Of a stretch of DNA of 64,000 bases, positions 35,897 to 45,369 are shown piece after piece. Origin of the DNA: Bacillota bacterium (GTDB taxonomy: Bacteria > Bacillota > Sulfobacillia > JBFMBV01). Below the pieces are notes generated by a model. That model was not told the DNA's origin and searched no databases. It saw nothing but the letters and a program-made list of their open reading frames with translations. Made by a program: the position numbers and the translations under genes. The DNA lies in NCBI GenBank assembly GCA_040755005.1, contig JBFMBV010000007.1, forward strand, positions 1,181 to 65,180. The letters are read 5' to 3'. Every line of letters begins with the position of its first letter. The first letter of the stretch is position 1.

Positions 35897-36709
35897 ATGA
35901 ACCCTAGCCGGCCCCAACTCCTCGTCCAGTGCTCCACCGGGGCGCTGCCCTCCATCTGCCTGGGCGAGCGCAGCACACCAGCCACCGTCGCCGCCGCCGT
36001 GCAGCTGCTCGCCTGGGACGCGGTGGAGCTGAAACTGGAGGGTGCGTGGTGGAGCCCGTCCGAGTTCGTGGAAGCAGCCCGCCGGCTGGTGGACGCGGGG
36101 GTCTCCGTGGCCACGGTGCATGCACCCAACCGCTTCGAACGGCTGTTGGGGTTCCCCGGCCGTACCGGCGAAGCCCTCGCCCTCCTGCAGGCCTGCCTGG
36201 CGACAGCCTCAACTGCGGGGGCGTCCACCCTGGTCCTGCATGGCTGGGACCTGCGCCTGCCGGGCTTCGACCCGGAACAGATGGTAGCCGGCATCAATGC
36301 CTGCGCTGAGGCGTCCGGCCAAGTGACGCTTAGCATTGAAGCCCTGCCCGGATTCACCCGCATGCTGCCCTTGATAGTGCAAGCCTGCCCTGCGGTTACC
36401 TGGACGGCCGACACGAAGTGGGCTACCGTGGACGGCGGTTGGGAGAAGCTGTTCGGACTCGCTGGCCGCATCGACAACGTCCATGTCCAGAGCAGGATCG
36501 AACCGGTTGGGGAAAACGGGGTCGTCCTCGGCCAGACGGAGGCAGGCTACTGTGATGTCCCTGCCACCCTGGCCCGCCTTGCCGCCAGCGGCTGTGGCGG
36601 CGCCATCACCTTTGAGCCAAACGGGGTGCGGCCGGGAGAGGCGGCGTCCGTGCACAGGGCCCTCAGAGCGCTGGCGAGCGCCCTGCATGCGCTGCCCCCG
36701 GCCCCCTGA
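35897..36709 (+). CDS. Sugar-phosphate isomerase/AP-endonuclease-2 TIM-barrel protein
   Basis: DAVEL, VATVHAP, LVLHG, LSIEAL, TADTKW, IDNVHV, ITFE; RBS AGGAG; upstream TG-TATAAT at 35851-35859. Confidence 0.7.
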   Translation: MNPSRPQLLVQCSTGALPSICLGERSTPATVAAAVQLLAWDAVELKLEGAWWSPSEFVEAARRLVDAGVSVATVHAPNRFERLLGFPGRTGEALALLQACLATASTAGASTLVLHGWDLRLPGFDPEQMVAGINACAEASGQVTLSIEALPGFTRMLPLIVQACPAVTWTADTKWATVDGGWEKLFGLAGRIDNVHVQSRIEPVGENGVVLGQTEAGYCDVPATLARLAASGCGGAITFEPNGVRPGEAASVHRALRALASALHALPPAP

Positions 36710-36751
36710 CCAGTGCGGGCCTCCGCCGCACCGACGGGAGGTACGACTAGC

Positions 36752-37528
36752 GTGACCGATGACCAGCTGTGCGAGATCCTGGCAAGCTTCGTCGCTGCCG
36801 ATCGAGGCAATGCGCTGTCCATCGACGGCACACGCATCTACGCCGCGCCAATCCTGGGAGTGGCCACAGCCGGCGATCCCCTGTTCGAACAGCTGCGGGA
36901 ACCCGCCGTGGTGGGCCCCCGCCACCTGCTCCCCTCCGACTGGCTGCCCGGCGCCCGTTCCGTGCTCAGCTACTTCTTGCCCTTCAGTCCAGCCATCCGC
37001 GAGAGCAACCGCTGCCCGGGCCTGCCTTCCCGTGCCTGGGCCCAGGCGCGGATCGACGGGGAGGCATTCAATGACGCCGCGCGCCTGCGCCTCACCGGCT
37101 TGATGCGGGAGCTGGGCGAAGACGCCCTGGCGCCGGGCCTGGATCCCAGACTGGCCGTGGTGGACCTGCGGTCCAACTGGAGCGAGCGGCATGTGGCCTA
37201 TGTTACGGGCCTGGGGACCTTTGGCCTGTCGCGCTCCCTCATCACGCGCCTGGGCGCGGCCGGGCGGCTGGGCAGCGTGGTCACCACCCTCCCCCTGCCA
37301 CCGACGCGGCGCCAATACTCAGGCCCGTTCGCCTACTGCCCGTCACTGAGCGGCGGCGCCTGTGAGGCCTGCGTTCAGCGCTGCCCTTCCGGCGCTGTCA
37401 CCCCGGCCGGGAAGGACGTGCCCACTTGCCGCAGGCATCTCCATGACGTGGTACGCCCCCAGTTCGCCCCAGCCTATGGCTGTGCCAAGTGTCAGACTGG
37501 TGTGCCATGTGAGGCGGGTGTCCCCTGA
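36752..37528 (+). CDS. QueG-like (epoxyqueuosine reductase family) Fe-S protein
   Basis: SNWSERHVAYVTGLGTFGL..LIT..G..GRLGSVVT; CEACVQRCP and CAKCQTGVPC. Confidence 0.75.
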   Translation: MTDDQLCEILASFVAADRGNALSIDGTRIYAAPILGVATAGDPLFEQLREPAVVGPRHLLPSDWLPGARSVLSYFLPFSPAIRESNRCPGLPSRAWAQARIDGEAFNDAARLRLTGLMRELGEDALAPGLDPRLAVVDLRSNWSERHVAYVTGLGTFGLSRSLITRLGAAGRLGSVVTTLPLPPTRRQYSGPFAYCPSLSGGACEACVQRCPSGAVTPAGKDVPTCRRHLHDVVRPQFAPAYGCAKCQTGVPCEAGVP

Positions 37529-37555
37529 CCACTCTGGCATTAGGAGGGTTGTATC

Positions 37556-38404
37556 CTGCCGAGTCCGGAAGACAGCGCTGACCACCGCCTGGGTCCCCTG
37601 CTGGGGAAGGGCCTGCGGGCCGAGACCTATGCCTGGGGGGACGACCGCGCACTGAAGCTGTATCTCGCCGGCTGGCCTGAACGGGCGGTCGCCAGGGAGT
37701 CCGCAGACACTGCCGCCGTCCATGCCCTCGGGCTGCCGGTCCCTGCCGTCTATGGGACGCTCGACGTAGACGGCAGGCATGGGATCATCTTCGCACGGGT
37801 TGACGGCCCGGACCTGGCCGACTGGGTCAAGCGGGGCCCGTGGCGGGCTGTCGCGGCAGGGCGCCTGATGGCCCGGCTGCATGCGGACATGCATGCGCTC
37901 CCCGTGCCTGAGGCCTCCTGCTACCATGACCTACTGGCCCGGCGCATCAACGGCGCCCGGGACCTGCCCGTGACGTTGCGCGAGGCCGTCCTCGAGCAGC
38001 TAGGGAGCCTCCCCAAGGGAAACTCCCTCTGTCACGGCGATTTCCATCCCCTGAACATACTGATGGGCCCGCTAGGTCCTGTCGTCATCGATTGGGATTC
38101 CCCCGCCCGGGGCAACCCCTTAGCAGATGTGGCCAGGACCCTGCTCATCCTGGAGGCGGTGGGCTGGCATACCAAGGGTCCCCAGGGGATGGCCCTGAAG
38201 GCGTTAGTCCGGGTCCTGCGCGCCGCATACCTGCGCGAATACCTGCGCCTAACCGGGGCTCAGGCCGGGCAGCTCCGGGCGTGGCGTGCCCCCATGGCCG
38301 CAGCCCGGCTAGGCGAGGGGATCGCTGTGGAGCACGGGTGGTTGCTGAGCCAGGTGCGCCGCTGCCTGTCTGGGAAGTGTGCGCGATGTCAGGCGACAGA
38401 CTGA
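37556..38404 (+). CDS. Aminoglycoside phosphotransferase (APH)-family kinase, probable CTG start
   Basis: In-frame upstream of the ATG at 37868: LGKGLRAETYAW..ALKLY..LPVPAVY..IIFARVDGP; catalytic CHGDFHPLNIL and VIDW. Confidence 0.8.
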   Translation: MPSPEDSADHRLGPLLGKGLRAETYAWGDDRALKLYLAGWPERAVARESADTAAVHALGLPVPAVYGTLDVDGRHGIIFARVDGPDLADWVKRGPWRAVAAGRLMARLHADMHALPVPEASCYHDLLARRINGARDLPVTLREAVLEQLGSLPKGNSLCHGDFHPLNILMGPLGPVVIDWDSPARGNPLADVARTLLILEAVGWHTKGPQGMALKALVRVLRAAYLREYLRLTGAQAGQLRAWRAPMAAARLGEGIAVEHGWLLSQVRRCLSGKCARCQATD

Positions 38405-38799
38405 AGGTCCTCTTCCTCTGCACGGCTAACTCCAGCCGGAGCCAGATGGCCGAAGGGCTCGCCCGGGCGCTGCGGGCCGCCGACGTGGAGGCGCATTCGG
38501 CGGGGAGCGACCCTGCCAGCGTCAATCCCTACGCCGTGCAGGCCATGGCTGAGGCGGGCATCGACATCTCGGGTCAGCGGGCCAAGCACGTCCACGAGTT
38601 CCTGGGCCAGCCCTTCGACCTGGTGGTGACGCTGTGCGACTCCGCCAGGGAGGCCTGCCCCGTCTTCCCGGGGGCCAAGGCCATCATCCACCGGGGCTTC
38701 CCCGACCCGGCGGCCGCCCAGGGGTCGCCTGAGGAGGTCCTCGCGGAGTTCCGCCGCGTCAGGGACATGCTGCGGGAGTTCATCCTGCAGCTGCCCTAG
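38386..38799 (+). CDS. arsC: Arsenate reductase / LMW protein-tyrosine phosphatase family
   Basis: LFLCTANSSRSQMAEG, SAG, TLCDSAREACP, FPDP, FRRVRD. Confidence 0.85.
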   Translation: MSGDRLKVLFLCTANSSRSQMAEGLARALRAADVEAHSAGSDPASVNPYAVQAMAEAGIDISGQRAKHVHEFLGQPFDLVVTLCDSAREACPVFPGAKAIIHRGFPDPAAAQGSPEEVLAEFRRVRDMLREFILQLP

Positions 38800-38873
38800 C
38801 CAAAGACGCCGGCGGCTAGGGCGGTTCCTGGCCTGGACAGCGTTCACCGAGTAGCCACGGACGTACCATCGAA

Positions 38874-38902
38874 GCAGGCCAGGCTGACAAAGCCTGGCCT
38901 GC
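38874..38902. terminator. Hairpin between convergent arsC and glmS
   Basis: GCAGGCCAGGCT-GACAA-AGCCTGGCCTGC. Confidence 0.65.
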
Positions 38903-38921
38903 CTGTGTGGTTCGGCGAACC

Positions 38922-40745
38922 CTACTCCACCGTCACGCTCTTCGCGAGGTTGCGCGGCTGATCCACATCGCAGCCCCGGCCGGTACCCGCCAGATAGGCC
39001 AGCAGCTGCATGGGCACCGCTGCGGCGACAGGCGCCAGCAGAGGGTGGACCCTCGGCAGCAGCAGGATCTCATCCACGTGCTTGGCGAGGTCGCCGGCGC
39101 CTTCCATCCCTACCCCCAGCACATAGGCGTCCCTGGCTTTGACCTCGGTGATGTTGGACACCATCTTGTCGAGCAGGTCGGACTGGGTGGCCAGGGCCAC
39201 CACCGGTACGTCCTTCACCACCAGCGCCAGGGTCCCGTGCTTCAGCTCGCCCGCGGCATAGGCCTCGGCGTGGATATAGGAGATCTCCTTCAGCTTCAGC
39301 TGGGCTTCCTGGGCCACCGCGTAGTCCAGGCCGCGCCCGATGAAGAAGACATCATCATGGCCCGCGCACCTGGCGGCGAAGCGCCTAATCGCTGTGTCAT
39401 CGGCCAGGATCGTCTCGATGGCTTCCGGCAGCTGCAGCAGCTCCCCGGCCAGCTGGGCTTCGTGCGCCTCGGGCAGCGTCCCCCTGGCCCGGCCGAGGCC
39501 GAGGGCGAGGAGGAACAAGGCCACCAGCTGCGTAGTATAGGCTTTGGTCGAGGCGACGGCGATCTCCGGGCCGGCCCAAGTGTACAGCACCCGTTCGGCC
39601 TCCCGGGCCACGCTGGAGTCCACCACATTGGTGATAGCCAACGTGCCCGCCCCGCGCCGGGCGGCCTCGTGCATGGCGGCCCGGGTGTCCGCCGTCTCCC
39701 CCGACTGGCTGATGGCCAGCACCCAGTCGCCTTGGCCGACGATGGGGTCGCGGTAGCGGAACTCCGAGGCCAGGTCCACCTCGACAGGGAGCCGGGCCAG
39801 ACGTTCGATGAGGTACTTGCCGACAAGGCCAGCGTGGTACGCGGTGCCGCAGGCGACGATGCGCAGCCGGGACAGGGACTGGGCCTCGGCGGGGGTGAAC
39901 CCGGCTTCGCCGAGGTCGACCCGCCCGTCCGTCACCCTGCCTTTGAGCGTATCGCGGATGGCCCTGGGTTGGTCGAAGATCTCCTTGAGCATGTAGTGGG
40001 GATACCCGCCCTTACGGGCCTGGACGAGGTCCCACTTGACGTCATAGACCCGCTTGGCCACCGGGTTCCCATCGCCGTCGAAGACTTGGACGGCCTCGGG
40101 GGTCAGGACGGCGGTTTCCCCGTCCTCCAGGATGTACACCTGCCTGGTGTGCTCCAGCAGCGCGGGGATGTCCGAGGCGAGGAAGTTCTCGCCCTGGCCG
40201 AGTCCGACGATGAGCGGGCTGTCCTTGCGGACGGCCACGATCTTGCCCGGCGCACTCCTGTCCAGGATGGCCAGGGCGTAACTACCGTGCAGTTTGGCCA
40301 CTACGCGCTGGATCGCCGCCAGGGGGTCGGCATCGCCCGCCTCCTCCAACAGGTGGGCGATGACTTCTGTGTCGGTCTGGGACATGAACCTGTGACCGGC
40401 CTTCACCAATCCCTCCCTCAGGGGGAGAAAGTTCTCGATGATGCCGTTGTGGATGACCGCGTACCGGCCGCTGCAGTCGCCCTGGGGGTGGGCGTTCTCA
40501 TCGGACGGCCGCCCGTGGGTGGCCCATCTGGTGTGGCCGATGCCCGCGTGCCCTGGGAGCTGGGCCCCGGCCACGCGGCCGATCAGGCCCGACAGCTTCC
40601 CCACGCACTTGACGGTGCTGATGGTCCCATTATGGGCCAACGCCACGCCCGCCGAATCGTACCCGCGGTACTCCAGCATCTTCAAGCCATCAAGCAGGAT
40701 GGGCAGGGCTTGGCGTGGCCCTGTATAGCCGACAATGCCGCACAA
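38922..40745 (-). CDS. glmS: Glutamine-fructose-6-phosphate transaminase (isomerizing)
   Basis: MCGIVG, EYRGYDSAG, GHTRWATHG, SQSGETAD, ELKHG, PRNLAKSVTVE. Confidence 0.98.
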   Translation of the reverse strand: MCGIVGYTGPRQALPILLDGLKMLEYRGYDSAGVALAHNGTISTVKCVGKLSGLIGRVAGAQLPGHAGIGHTRWATHGRPSDENAHPQGDCSGRYAVIHNGIIENFLPLREGLVKAGHRFMSQTDTEVIAHLLEEAGDADPLAAIQRVVAKLHGSYALAILDRSAPGKIVAVRKDSPLIVGLGQGENFLASDIPALLEHTRQVYILEDGETAVLTPEAVQVFDGDGNPVAKRVYDVKWDLVQARKGGYPHYMLKEIFDQPRAIRDTLKGRVTDGRVDLGEAGFTPAEAQSLSRLRIVACGTAYHAGLVGKYLIERLARLPVEVDLASEFRYRDPIVGQGDWVLAISQSGETADTRAAMHEAARRGAGTLAITNVVDSSVAREAERVLYTWAGPEIAVASTKAYTTQLVALFLLALGLGRARGTLPEAHEAQLAGELLQLPEAIETILADDTAIRRFAARCAGHDDVFFIGRGLDYAVAQEAQLKLKEISYIHAEAYAAGELKHGTLALVVKDVPVVALATQSDLLDKMVSNITEVKARDAYVLGVGMEGAGDLAKHVDEILLLPRVHPLLAPVAAAVPMQLLAYLAGTGRGCDVDQPRNLAKSVTVE

Positions 40746-40779
40746 GGTGCAGCCCTCCTGTCATATGCACGTTGTCTGC

Positions 40780-40922
40780 CACCAGTCCCGGCTGTTGTCC
40801 CCGGCGTTGCCGCCGATCTTTGCCCGGGACCTGACGGAGTGGCCGCCGCGGGGTATCCGCCGAAGAGCTCGATGCACCCCGTCCTCGTCGACCCCACGTA
40901 GCCGGTGGGGTCCAGGCGCTAA
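40780..40922 (-). ncRNA. glmS glucosamine-6-phosphate-activated ribozyme
   Basis: Minus strand AGCGCCTGGAC-CCCAC..GTGGG-GTCGACGAGGACGGGGTGCATCGAG..TCGGCGGATACCCCG in the glmS leader, matching the conserved core. Confidence 0.92.
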
Positions 40923-40973
40923 CCGTCCCTAGCTCTGTCCAGGACCTCCTCTCAGCCCGCTCGCCAGCCCGGT

Positions 40974-42305
40974 TTAAGCCAGCTCGCGCTCGATCACAGC
41001 CGCCAACTCGCCAGCGATTTCGCGCACCACCTCCTCTGCGGCCCCCTCCACCATCACCCGCACCAAGGGTTCCGTCCCCGACGGACGGACCAACACGCGG
41101 CCCTCGGCGCCCAGCCGCGCCTCCTGCCTGGCGATGGCCGCCAGCAGTGCCTGGTTGCGCGGCAAATCGCCCTTGCGGGCGGCTGTGACGTTCACGAGCA
41201 CCTGGGGATAGGGCACAAGCACTGCCAGCTCCGACAAGCGCTTGCCGGTGCGCAGCATCGCCCCCAGCAGCAGGAGCGCGGTCACCAGGCCGTCGCCGGT
41301 GGTGTTGTGGGCGAGGGAGATGATATGCCCAGACTGCTCCCCGCCCAGCATTAGGCCCTTAGCCCGCATGGCGTCCAGCACATACCTGTCCCCGACCCTG
41401 GTGGAGACGACGCCGATGCCGGCGTCCTGGAGCAGCTTGGTCAGAGCGAGGTTGCTCATGACCGTGATGGCCAGGCTGTCGCCGACCAGGCGGCCGGTGC
41501 CCTTGAACTCCAGGGCGAGGATGGCCATGATCTGGTCGCCGTCGAGGATGCGGCCGCGTTCGTCGACGGCGATGAGCCTGTCTCCGTCGCCATCGAAGGC
41601 GAACCCCGCGACAGCCCCCTCGGCCAGCACCCGGCGGGCCAGATCCCCGGGGGAAGTCGACCCGCACCCGCGGTTGATGTTGACGCCATCGGGAGTGCAG
41701 TGAATCGACGTCACCCGGGCTCCCAGCCTGGCCAGAACCGCCGGCGCGATCACGCTGGCGGAGCCGTTGGCCCCATCGACGACCACAGGCACCCCGGCCA
41801 GGGCCCCCTGGGGTAGCAGCGTCACCGCATAGTCGAGGTAGCGCTGCACGGCCCCCTCATCCCGGCGCACGGCGCCGACGGCGGCCCCCTCGGGCCGGGC
41901 GGTCCCGCCGCCGACGGTCACTGACCGCTCGAGGGCATCCTCCACCTCATCGGGCAGCTTGAAACCATCCCTGGCGATGAACTTGATGCCGTTGTCCTCA
42001 AAGGGGTTATGGGAAGCCGAGAGCATGGCCCCCGCGCCCGCGCCGTCCCTGCGGACAAGATGCGCCAGGGCAGGCGTCGTGACTACCCCGGCGAGCACCA
42101 CCTCGGCCCCGGCCGAGCAGGCCCCGGCGGCCAAGGCGCCCTCCAACATCGTGCCGGAGCGGCGGGGGTCCCTGCCAATGAGCAGCGGGGCCCTTCCACG
42201 GACCAGCGTCTGCGCAGCTGCCCGCCCAAGCCCTATGGCCAGCTCAGGGGTAAGCTCCGCATTGGCACGGCCTCGCACTCCATCTGTCCCAAACAGCCTG
42301 GGCAT
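40974..42305 (-). CDS. glmM: Phosphoglucosamine mutase
   Basis: LFGTDGVRG, SASHNP, FDGDGDR, GGEQSGH, RPSGTEP. Confidence 0.97.
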   Translation of the reverse strand: MPRLFGTDGVRGRANAELTPELAIGLGRAAAQTLVRGRAPLLIGRDPRRSGTMLEGALAAGACSAGAEVVLAGVVTTPALAHLVRRDGAGAGAMLSASHNPFEDNGIKFIARDGFKLPDEVEDALERSVTVGGGTARPEGAAVGAVRRDEGAVQRYLDYAVTLLPQGALAGVPVVVDGANGSASVIAPAVLARLGARVTSIHCTPDGVNINRGCGSTSPGDLARRVLAEGAVAGFAFDGDGDRLIAVDERGRILDGDQIMAILALEFKGTGRLVGDSLAITVMSNLALTKLLQDAGIGVVSTRVGDRYVLDAMRAKGLMLGGEQSGHIISLAHNTTGDGLVTALLLLGAMLRTGKRLSELAVLVPYPQVLVNVTAARKGDLPRNQALLAAIARQEARLGAEGRVLVRPSGTEPLVRVMVEGAAEEVVREIAGELAAVIERELA

Positions 42306-42341
42306 AAGTCCTCCCGGATTGCACAGCGTAGCCGTGCAGTA

Positions 42342-43541
42342 TCATATGCGTTTGAGGATGACAGTGACGGCGGACGGGGTAACGACTGGCACCTGGACCC
42401 CTTCGGGGACCCGGACAAAGACCTCCAGGGTGAACTGGCCGGAGCTGCCTTGGTTCACGGCCACATAGGCGAAGACCTGCTCCGTGGTAAGGCCCCACAC
42501 AAGGTCCCGGGGACCCCACACAGTGACGTCCACAGCGGCGGGGATGACTTGGGCGGTGTGGCCCTCGGGCACCCCTTCCACGTAGACCCGCATGTTGTTG
42601 AAGGTCTTGGTCAAGCCGGGCAGGGTGATGGGCACCGTCGCAGTCAGCCGGTCGGGTTCGATTGACAGCGCGCCCTCGGGCCGGCCCAAGGTGAAGGTCT
42701 GGGTCACGTTGGTCCTGGCCCCGGTGATGTCGATGGTCCCTGCGGACAACTCCGTTATCTGTGCGAGCACCGCGAGGGGACCGCGCACGCGCACAGCGTG
42801 GGGGTTGAGGATCGGGTCACCCGCGTAGAACCCAGGCTCCGGCGCGCCCCTCACTGCCACTGTCACGGGCACCAACTTGGATGGGGGCAAAGCCACCACC
42901 GGGACCGATACGTCGACGGTCGCTGGCCTGATGGTGATACCCGCCACCTCCTGGCCCCTGGCGTCCACGGCCCGGAGGGCCACAGCGCGGGTGACCAGTC
43001 CCTGCGCCCCGCTGATATCCAGCTCAGCAACGCACCTGTCCACGATCTGCGCCCGGGTGCGAGGTCCCTCGACCACCACGTCGGTGGGGCGGACCTGAGC
43101 GGCGGTGGCTGCGAAATCTTCCCCCAGCCTGCCGCGGACGAGGACTTCCACGCTGACCTGGGCATCCATCAGGACATCCAAGGTGACCGTGACCTGGGGC
43201 GGAGACACCTCGACGAACTGAACCCCCTTCGGCACTGACACATGTAGGGGGTACTTGGCCCGGCCCGCACCCGCCCCGCTGAGGTCGACGGACGCCTTCA
43301 GATCCTTGGCAGACAGCCCGCCTACGGCGCGGGCAGCCCCCCGGATGCCTATGGACACAACCTGCGGCTCCTGAGCAAGGACCACGAGCCCGGCGGGGAT
43401 GTTGGCGATCTGTACCGGCACGTCGGCCACCTGCATGGTCGCTCCGGCAGTCTGGTCCGTGAAGACCTGGTACCACAGGATCACTGCCAGCAGCAGCGAC
43501 AGGAGCTTGAGGGTGGCGTCCCTTTCCAGTAGTCTATCCAC
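42342..43541 (-). CDS. cdaR: YbbR-repeat regulator of diadenylate cyclase
   Basis: KLLSLLLAVILW anchor and four YbbR-like repeats; between cdaA and glmM. Confidence 0.9.
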   Translation of the reverse strand: MDRLLERDATLKLLSLLLAVILWYQVFTDQTAGATMQVADVPVQIANIPAGLVVLAQEPQVVSIGIRGAARAVGGLSAKDLKASVDLSGAGAGRAKYPLHVSVPKGVQFVEVSPPQVTVTLDVLMDAQVSVEVLVRGRLGEDFAATAAQVRPTDVVVEGPRTRAQIVDRCVAELDISGAQGLVTRAVALRAVDARGQEVAGITIRPATVDVSVPVVALPPSKLVPVTVAVRGAPEPGFYAGDPILNPHAVRVRGPLAVLAQITELSAGTIDITGARTNVTQTFTLGRPEGALSIEPDRLTATVPITLPGLTKTFNNMRVYVEGVPEGHTAQVIPAAVDVTVWGPRDLVWGLTTEQVFAYVAVNQGSSGQFTLEVFVRVPEGVQVPVVTPSAVTVILKRI

Positions 43542-44346
43542 TCATCCTGCCCCCCGGTTGCAGCGGTCCAGGGCGGAGACGCCACAGCGCAGTCAACATC
43601 TCCTGCAGCGTGCGCTCGTCCAGGTGCCGGATGAGTTTGCCGGCATTGGCCAGGGAGATGACCCCAGTCTCCTCGCTGACGGTCAGGGCCAAGGCATCCG
43701 ATTGCTCGGTGATGCCGATGGCCGCCCGGTGACGGGTACCCAGTTCCTTGGACAGGTCGGGGTTCTCGGTGAGGGGGAGGACGCAGCCGGCGGCCAGGAC
43801 GCGATTGCCCCGGACGATGACGGCCCCATCGTGGAGTGGCGTCTTGGGAATGAAGATGTTCACTAGGAACTCTGAGGATAGCAGGCCATCTAGTTTGGTG
43901 CCGGTGTCCAGCACCTCGCCGAGACGGGTCTCGCGCTCGAGTACGATGAGGGCCCCAATCCGGTTGCGGGTGAGCACTTGGACGGCCTTGATGATCTCGC
44001 CGACGAGCCGCTGGAACTCGGCCTCCCCCAACACCGGTGGGGGCGAGCGGAACAGCCGTCCCCGGCCGAGCTGCTCCAGGGCGCGCCTGAGCTCAGGCTG
44101 GAAGACGACGGGGAGCGCGACGATGAGCGCCACCTGGGCCTGGGCCAGCAGCCAGTTGACCGTGTACAGCCTGAGCCAGCGGCTGAGGGTGCTCACCGCC
44201 AGCAGGACGATGACGCCCTTGAGCAACTGCACCGCCCGGGTGCCGCGGATGAGGACAAAGAGCCTGTACAATACATAACTGACGACGGCTATGTCCACGG
44301 CCGCCGCGATGACGTCGAGCAGGCCCAAATTGGTCAGGTAGGGCAT
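43534..44346 (-). CDS. cdaA: Diadenylate cyclase
   Basis: GTRAVQLLKG, FQPELRRALE, PLHDGA, GTRHRAA, VSEETG. Confidence 0.96.
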   Translation of the reverse strand: MPYLTNLGLLDVIAAAVDIAVVSYVLYRLFVLIRGTRAVQLLKGVIVLLAVSTLSRWLRLYTVNWLLAQAQVALIVALPVVFQPELRRALEQLGRGRLFRSPPPVLGEAEFQRLVGEIIKAVQVLTRNRIGALIVLERETRLGEVLDTGTKLDGLLSSEFLVNIFIPKTPLHDGAVIVRGNRVLAAGCVLPLTENPDLSKELGTRHRAAIGITEQSDALALTVSEETGVISLANAGKLIRHLDERTLQEMLTALWRLRPGPLQPGGRMSG

Positions 44347-44454
44347 AGCTGACCCAAGCCTCCGCCGAGTTCGTCCATGCAGCTACTGTGTCTTCGTCGC
44401 GGGCGCCGCAATGACCTGCCGTGATTATGTTTACCGATTGGGCCGCAGTCGCGG

Positions 44455-45369
44455 CTAACTGACAATTCCTGCGCCCCAGTCTGCTACCTCTACTATGCGC
44501 CAGTCTGCCCCGGTGCCGCACCCGGCGAGCCGGGCGACGGCTTCGTCGCCCGCAGTCCCCGGGTCGGAGCCGGGTGGGACGAACGCCAGCAGGGACGGGC
44601 CACTGCCGCTCACGACCGCCGGCAAGCCCGCGTCCCTCAGCGCTGCCAGCGCCTGGGCCAGCCCTGGGACCAATCGCAGCCGGGTCGCCTGGTGGAGGGC
44701 ATCCTCGGTGGCCAGGGTGAGCAGGTCCCAATCCCCCGCCCGCAGGCAAGTGAGCAGCAGGGCCGTCCGGGACAGGTTATGCACTGCGTCGGCCAGGGAG
44801 ACCCTCCCCGCCAGTGCGCTACGGGCGGCCTCAGTGGAGACCGGGGCGCTGGGGATGACCAGGAGCGCCCTCAGCCCGGGCGGGTAGGGGGCGCTACGCG
44901 CCACCGGCCCCCCGGCGGTCGTAACCGCCACTGTAAGCCCGCCATACAGCGCCGCGGCAAGGTTGTCGGGATGGCCCTCCAGGCAGGTGCCCATCCCCAA
45001 GAGGGTAGCGGTGTCAAAGGGGCAGCCCGCCAGATGGTTCCCGGCCACCAACCCCACAGCGATCGCGGCGCTGCTGGAGCCAAGCCCCCGGCCGGGCGGG
45101 ATGCTGACTGCGGAGGCCAAGGATAGACCTTGCGCCGGGGCCCCTGCCCGCTCCAGCACCCTCCGCAGCGCGCGGACGGTCAGGTTGTCGTCCCCCACGG
45201 AAGTGACCTGTCCGGCGAACGGCCCGGTCAGGGACAGGCTGAGCGTGTCGCCCCCCGGGGTGACCGTCACAGTGTTGTGCAGGCTCAGGGCCAGGCCCAG
45301 GCAGTCGAAACCCGGGCCCAGGTTGGCCGAGGTCGCCGGGGCGCGCACGGTGAACGACGGGCCGCTCAT
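44455..45369 (-). CDS. thrB: Homoserine kinase
   Basis: PATSANLGPGFD, PPGRGLGSSSA, EGHPDN, SGSGPS. Confidence 0.95.
   Translation of the reverse strand: MSGPSFTVRAPATSANLGPGFDCLGLALSLHNTVTVTPGGDTLSLSLTGPFAGQVTSVGDDNLTVRALRRVLERAGAPAQGLSLASAVSIPPGRGLGSSSAAIAVGLVAGNHLAGCPFDTATLLGMGTCLEGHPDNLAAALYGGLTVAVTTAGGPVARSAPYPPGLRALLVIPSAPVSTEAARSALAGRVSLADAVHNLSRTALLLTCLRAGDWDLLTLATEDALHQATRLRLVPGLAQALAALRDAGLPAVVSGSGPSLLAFVPPGSDPGTAGDEAVARLAGCGTGADWRIVEVADWGAGIVS

Noticed and set aside
38386-38799. ArsC inactivated by the CTANSSR loop (second Cys replaced by Ser)
   Set aside because: The nucleophilic Cys, the Arg and the distal Cys pair are retained; the second loop Cys is not required in thioredoxin-coupled ArsC.
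38907-40901. Long plus-strand ORFs antisense to real genes (e.g. 664 aa here, 47444..49141, 58981..60327)
   Set aside because: These are shadow ORFs expected at high GC; they show no motifs and lie opposite well-supported genes.
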